Virus genome (UHGV): UHGV-0134996
Reading direction: 5' to 3' (one strand)
Origin: a virus
Length of the DNA stretch: 64,000 nucleotides
How positions within the stretch are numbered: position 1 is the stretch's first letter; each line of letters begins with the position of its first letter. This document shows positions 61,301 to 64,000 of this stretch, piece after piece. Under the pieces are notes generated by a model. The model was not told the origin of the DNA, searched no databases, and saw only the letters and a program-made list of their open reading frames with translations. Made by a program: the position numbers and the translations under genes.

Positions 61301-61748
61301 GGTGGCCAGCAACTCAAGTTACTTTGACCAACTCGGCGCACAAATGGGGATTGATGGACTATTCGATAAACTCCGCAACTCGCCGGGGATGCGGAAAAAT
61401 AATGCGCCTGAACCAGCCTCCACGTCCCAGGTGACGACTGCCGCCAACGATTTGCAGCAACCAACCGGTCGTATGCAGATAGACGGGCAGGTTATTAGTG
61501 ACCTTGGCGGTTCCGGTGCCAAGCCGACAATGCAGTTGGCTGATAATACCGTTTCACTTGATGGTGAAACGAAGCGGCTGTTTGCGCAGATGACCTCATT
61601 GCTTGCCAGGATTGAAGAGCACACCAAAGACTCGGCGAAAGGCCAGGGAACTGTCGTAAAGGTCAGCACGCCTCAGCCGGGCGTTATGCGCACGGTACCA
61701 CTGTCAATTGATGATCCGTTGATGAATGACTACGCGAGAGTTGATTGA
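58356..61748 (+). CDS. sit: Sit, tape-measure/injection protein with lytic transglycosylase (SLT) domain
   Basis: 1130 aa; SLT motif AIAATESGGNPYAKSQTGALGMFQF; long helical/Gly-rich regions. Confidence 0.85.
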   Translation: MERKNANIDDVIRTVETASAKELEELAGIREAVEDLKGGRVATVDPVSRSVSALNRTIENSRPDFVANAPSVDPIVEAMKRLNLGDVSRVVQEDVALQEPQAKSTTRKGKKRRKKAITEDVKAQRTEAAEHAREMFGQKGGAQKSQNQRDARGRFIGKSGSKAAAEDARAERAEKARRKEDDERLNAESGLLKKLSKVAEGIGNPSETRAVDALGYAVAGPLWAAGKELGGISKEVGGSLNGARKSIADVIRGNDDNSRRKGFFRRKSQNSADVVQVNTQKRTVQELQEQTSEIKEGNDKILRALDQIAKNTGKKKGGLLSKLFSLLGKGAGGVASLLMGRGMLKKAGALAFGALGAKKLVGMLRGGGKKTLAHEGGDLAARAAGKLGLKAVGKGALRAIPLVGTVAGGIYDAVTGWNDTEAQRRAFGLKSGQDPSFQQKAAYTLANVLDLGGLVSGISSAIGDVLKSLGFEDIGNMLQSFSTESIAQAIDSGVTNLETYISNLGDTISTKFDDYTAKIGDAVSAWFSDTSNKLLEKLDAIKDFFTVDNLKQVFSDAIDSAIDFIKNPGKHIKEAAGNIWDGVKNLPGKALDAAVDAVKNTPAAMIVSKIPNPIGEANAKEITPELKAPVNSHQETSDSKTESDAKQTNIATRVINAALDTAKDSNKTVKETANQIINANAVETGNSAVRKIDSAIGQNSSSSSSRNTTGTGNDIQKAADTYNNGNLDVKVGSLGAEGKANLDKLAPYFAELENKYGLPEGTLYAIAATESGGNPYAKSQTGALGMFQFTGIAREETGLAEGESFDPVKSAEAAALLMSKYLKQANGDLNEAITAYNAGFGTINKWKKGTGDLSKENREYAIKVNTHRARYLGGEIYTPGAGAQGGAQYGVRGQLPDNAVIDQSTGLAFTPGDSPFEKGGLVDKIGNAVGVNDLVNKFMNGRGMRREVVQGTLEERARGKGTATAAGNVYVDTPMPVEEARPVASNSSYFDQLGAQMGIDGLFDKLRNSPGMRKNNAPEPASTSQVTTAANDLQQPTGRMQIDGQVISDLGGSGAKPTMQLADNTVSLDGETKRLFAQMTSLLARIEEHTKDSAKGQGTVVKVSTPQPGVMRTVPLSIDDPLMNDYARVD

Positions 61749-62104
61749 TGGCCAACAATAACGAAATTGATCCTTTGCTGACGCTGGAGTTATCCGGCGT
61801 AAAAACGTATGAGTCCCAGGAGGAGGCCTGGGGCGCTCGTTTATATGAGTGGCTAAACACTTATCAGGGTGAGGTATACGGAGATCCGTCATGGGGCAAT
61901 GTTTTACCGCAGTTTAAACACGAACCGACCAACTTGTCGCATGTTCAAATTGCGGTTGAGGCAATGCTGTTGCAAAAACTGACGGTAGATTTACCTGACA
62001 TACCGATTTCTGGCTTGTCAGTAGCCGAGGGAGATGCTTTTGATAAGTTGAAAATATCCATTCGTATCAGGGATATAACTATCACACAGGACGTGGTGCT
62101 ATGA
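61745..62104 (+). CDS. baseplate wedge protein (gp25/GPW-like)
   Basis: 119 aa, start overlaps sit stop; follows tape measure as in myovirus baseplate operons. Confidence 0.5.
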   Translation: MMANNNEIDPLLTLELSGVKTYESQEEAWGARLYEWLNTYQGEVYGDPSWGNVLPQFKHEPTNLSHVQIAVEAMLLQKLTVDLPDIPISGLSVAEGDAFDKLKISIRIRDITITQDVVL

Positions 62105-63534
62105 GTAAAACAACACCGACTAAAGACAGTATTCGTGCAGAGTTTGAAGAGCTTGTCGAGAAAGATTCATTCTGGTCGAAGTTTGTCGGCTCTCAATTTG
62201 TCTCGATGCTGACATTGTTTATTACCCAGATTGTCTACAGGTGCTTTCAGTATGCCGATGCGGCACTGGCTGAAGGCTTTATATCGACCGCGACGCGGCG
62301 TTCCTCTATCCTGGCAGCGGCAGAAACGAATAGTTACGTTGGTACCAAGCCAACACCGTCATCCGGGATGGTTGAGATCACAGCCACAAGTGAAGATGCT
62401 CCAGCGGTAATCCCCAAAAACACGCCTTTAATATCTGACGACCAGTACCCTTACATGACTATGGATGTATGCAGGTTGGTTGACGGCACCGGTACGGTAG
62501 AAGTGGCACAGTTGGAAATCCAGGAGGTGACATATACCGTTACGGCAGCCAAAGAATTTCTGGAAGTCGTGTTATCAAAGGCTCTCACTGCTGTCTGCTA
62601 TAAGCTGGAAGTATTCGTGACGACCGATGGTAAGACCACGCAGTGGTCTTCCAGCACAATGTTCCGGTTAGCTGGTAGTAAAAGCCAGGTCTACGTTGAG
62701 TTTTATAAACCATCCGAACAGTTGGGTGTTCGATTCGGCGATGGGCTAATTGGGCAAATACCGCCAGAAGGCTCGACAATTACGCTTAAGGTATGGTGCA
62801 CCAACGGCGATATAACCCTGGTTGCTGGCCAAAACCTGACGCCTGTCGATTCTGCGGCTAATTTAGCTAATTTGATTTCAGTTAAGACAACGACACCTAT
62901 AACCGCAGGTACCGATGCTGAAACAACGGAGATCACACGTAACCGTGCACAATATTACCTTGCCTATGATGATCAGGTTGTATGGGGCGGGGACTATACG
63001 TATTTTCTGGTTCGTAACATCCCGGGGCTGTCCTGGGTAAAGGCATGGGGCGAAGGCCAGCAAGAGAAATTAGATGGTGCTTATAATGTTCAGAATATCA
63101 ATAAGATATTTATTTCAGGATGGCATCCAAATAAAAGCCAGTCAGAGCTTGAAGAAATGATCCTGACTGCCTTTAAGAAGGTACCGAATGAACTGAACAA
63201 GAAATTCTCTTATAAAGAGGTCAGAAAACTACCATTTAAGATAACCATCACCGGACGGATATCGGCAAGCCTGACCATTGAGAACGTGACCGATGAGCTG
63301 AAGTCGGCACTGGAAACAAAATTTGGGCGCGACTCAACTTTCTTTGATCCGAACCGCGTCGGAAAGTACATCCTGATTAAGAAAAAAGACGTTTGGGCGT
63401 TTATCGAAACGTTGGGCTATTTCCGCGACTTTTATCTGGAGTTTGTCGAGTGGAATGAGTCCAACGGCTTTTACGATTTCGTTTATCTGGATACAGGAAA
63501 CTCCACCTTCAATATTTCGTATGAGGAGGAGTGA
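62101..63534 (+). CDS. baseplate protein (gpJ-like)
   Basis: 477 aa, overlapping start/stop with neighbours. Confidence 0.5.
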   Translation: MSKTTPTKDSIRAEFEELVEKDSFWSKFVGSQFVSMLTLFITQIVYRCFQYADAALAEGFISTATRRSSILAAAETNSYVGTKPTPSSGMVEITATSEDAPAVIPKNTPLISDDQYPYMTMDVCRLVDGTGTVEVAQLEIQEVTYTVTAAKEFLEVVLSKALTAVCYKLEVFVTTDGKTTQWSSSTMFRLAGSKSQVYVEFYKPSEQLGVRFGDGLIGQIPPEGSTITLKVWCTNGDITLVAGQNLTPVDSAANLANLISVKTTTPITAGTDAETTEITRNRAQYYLAYDDQVVWGGDYTYFLVRNIPGLSWVKAWGEGQQEKLDGAYNVQNINKIFISGWHPNKSQSELEEMILTAFKKVPNELNKKFSYKEVRKLPFKITITGRISASLTIENVTDELKSALETKFGRDSTFFDPNRVGKYILIKKKDVWAFIETLGYFRDFYLEFVEWNESNGFYDFVYLDTGNSTFNISYEEE

Positions 63535-64000
63535 TGCAACGTTCCTGGTTTAATAACCGGCTTACATCAGCTAAGCAAAAGTCATTGCTCTATAAATCAT
63601 TGGCTGATTTGGTTCAGTCAATGATGGACACCTTTGTTGACCCATGGTTGGAGCGAATTACCAACCGGAAGTCTATTTTCTCCATGAGCAAGGAGGATCT
63701 GGAGACCAGGACAAATGAACTTGGCCAGTTTTTTACTATCAGAACGTCGAATTCATCTTCCGTTCCGATGTTGTTACAACAGCGGTTTGATGAGATCCAT
63801 TTTAAGGGTACTGAACGCCCTATAAACCAGACAATTTATCGCGAATTTAACGGTATATCGGTTTTATGGGATCCCATATATGCTCCGGTGGACTTTGAAC
63901 GTCATCCCTATGGCACGGTCCTGATTCCAGAAAGCACACTGGAAACTACCGGCGGCACATTCGGTGAGATGTTTCTGACTTCCAGAGGAATGATCAGTAT
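63534..64000 (+). CDS. baseplate/tail fiber-associated protein, 5' partial (runs off window)
   Basis: ATG at 63534 overlapping upstream stop; open frame MQRSWFNNRLTSAKQKSLLYKSL... continues to window end. Confidence 0.45.
   Translation, partial: MQRSWFNNRLTSAKQKSLLYKSLADLVQSMMDTFVDPWLERITNRKSIFSMSKEDLETRTNELGQFFTIRTSNSSSVPMLLQQRFDEIHFKGTERPINQTIYREFNGISVLWDPIYAPVDFERHPYGTVLIPESTLETTGGTFGEMFLTSRGMIS

Overview
This window is a segment of a P1-family temperate phage-plasmid, read in reverse of the usual P1 map orientation. It opens with an exact loxP site (117-150) and the ImmC immunity region (coi, c1), then runs through pacB/pacA with an internal pac site, lpa, phd-doc, humD with an SOS box, hot, a long block of small minus-strand genes (three Ea22-like paralogs, phosphatases, glycosyltransferase-like and DUF115-like genes), a plus-strand baseplate module, the ban operon (three tRNAs, tciABC, DnaB-like helicase), dmt and hrdC, a plasmid replication and partition block (oriR iterons, repA, incA-like iterons, parA-parB-parS), head and sheath genes, repL-kilA, the ImmI module (icd-ant) and tail assembly genes including the sit tape-measure/transglycosylase. 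No integrase, IS element or CRISPR array was seen. All calls rest on motif recognition and recalled P1 gene order, not on searches. Features that look extra to the P1 backbone and deserve a second look: a second icd-ant antirepressor module beside c1, a T5orf172/GIY-YIG-like gene between incA and parA, a hok/mok toxin locus (the toxin frame is absent from the ORF track), a 38-aa hydrophobic peptide with a convergent terminator downstream of ant, an array of degenerate tRNA-like repeats, and a ~40-aa motif shared between a secreted protein and Sit. Start coordinates not taken from the ORF track are hand-counted and may be off by 1-2 nt; track starts may be non-ATG codons.
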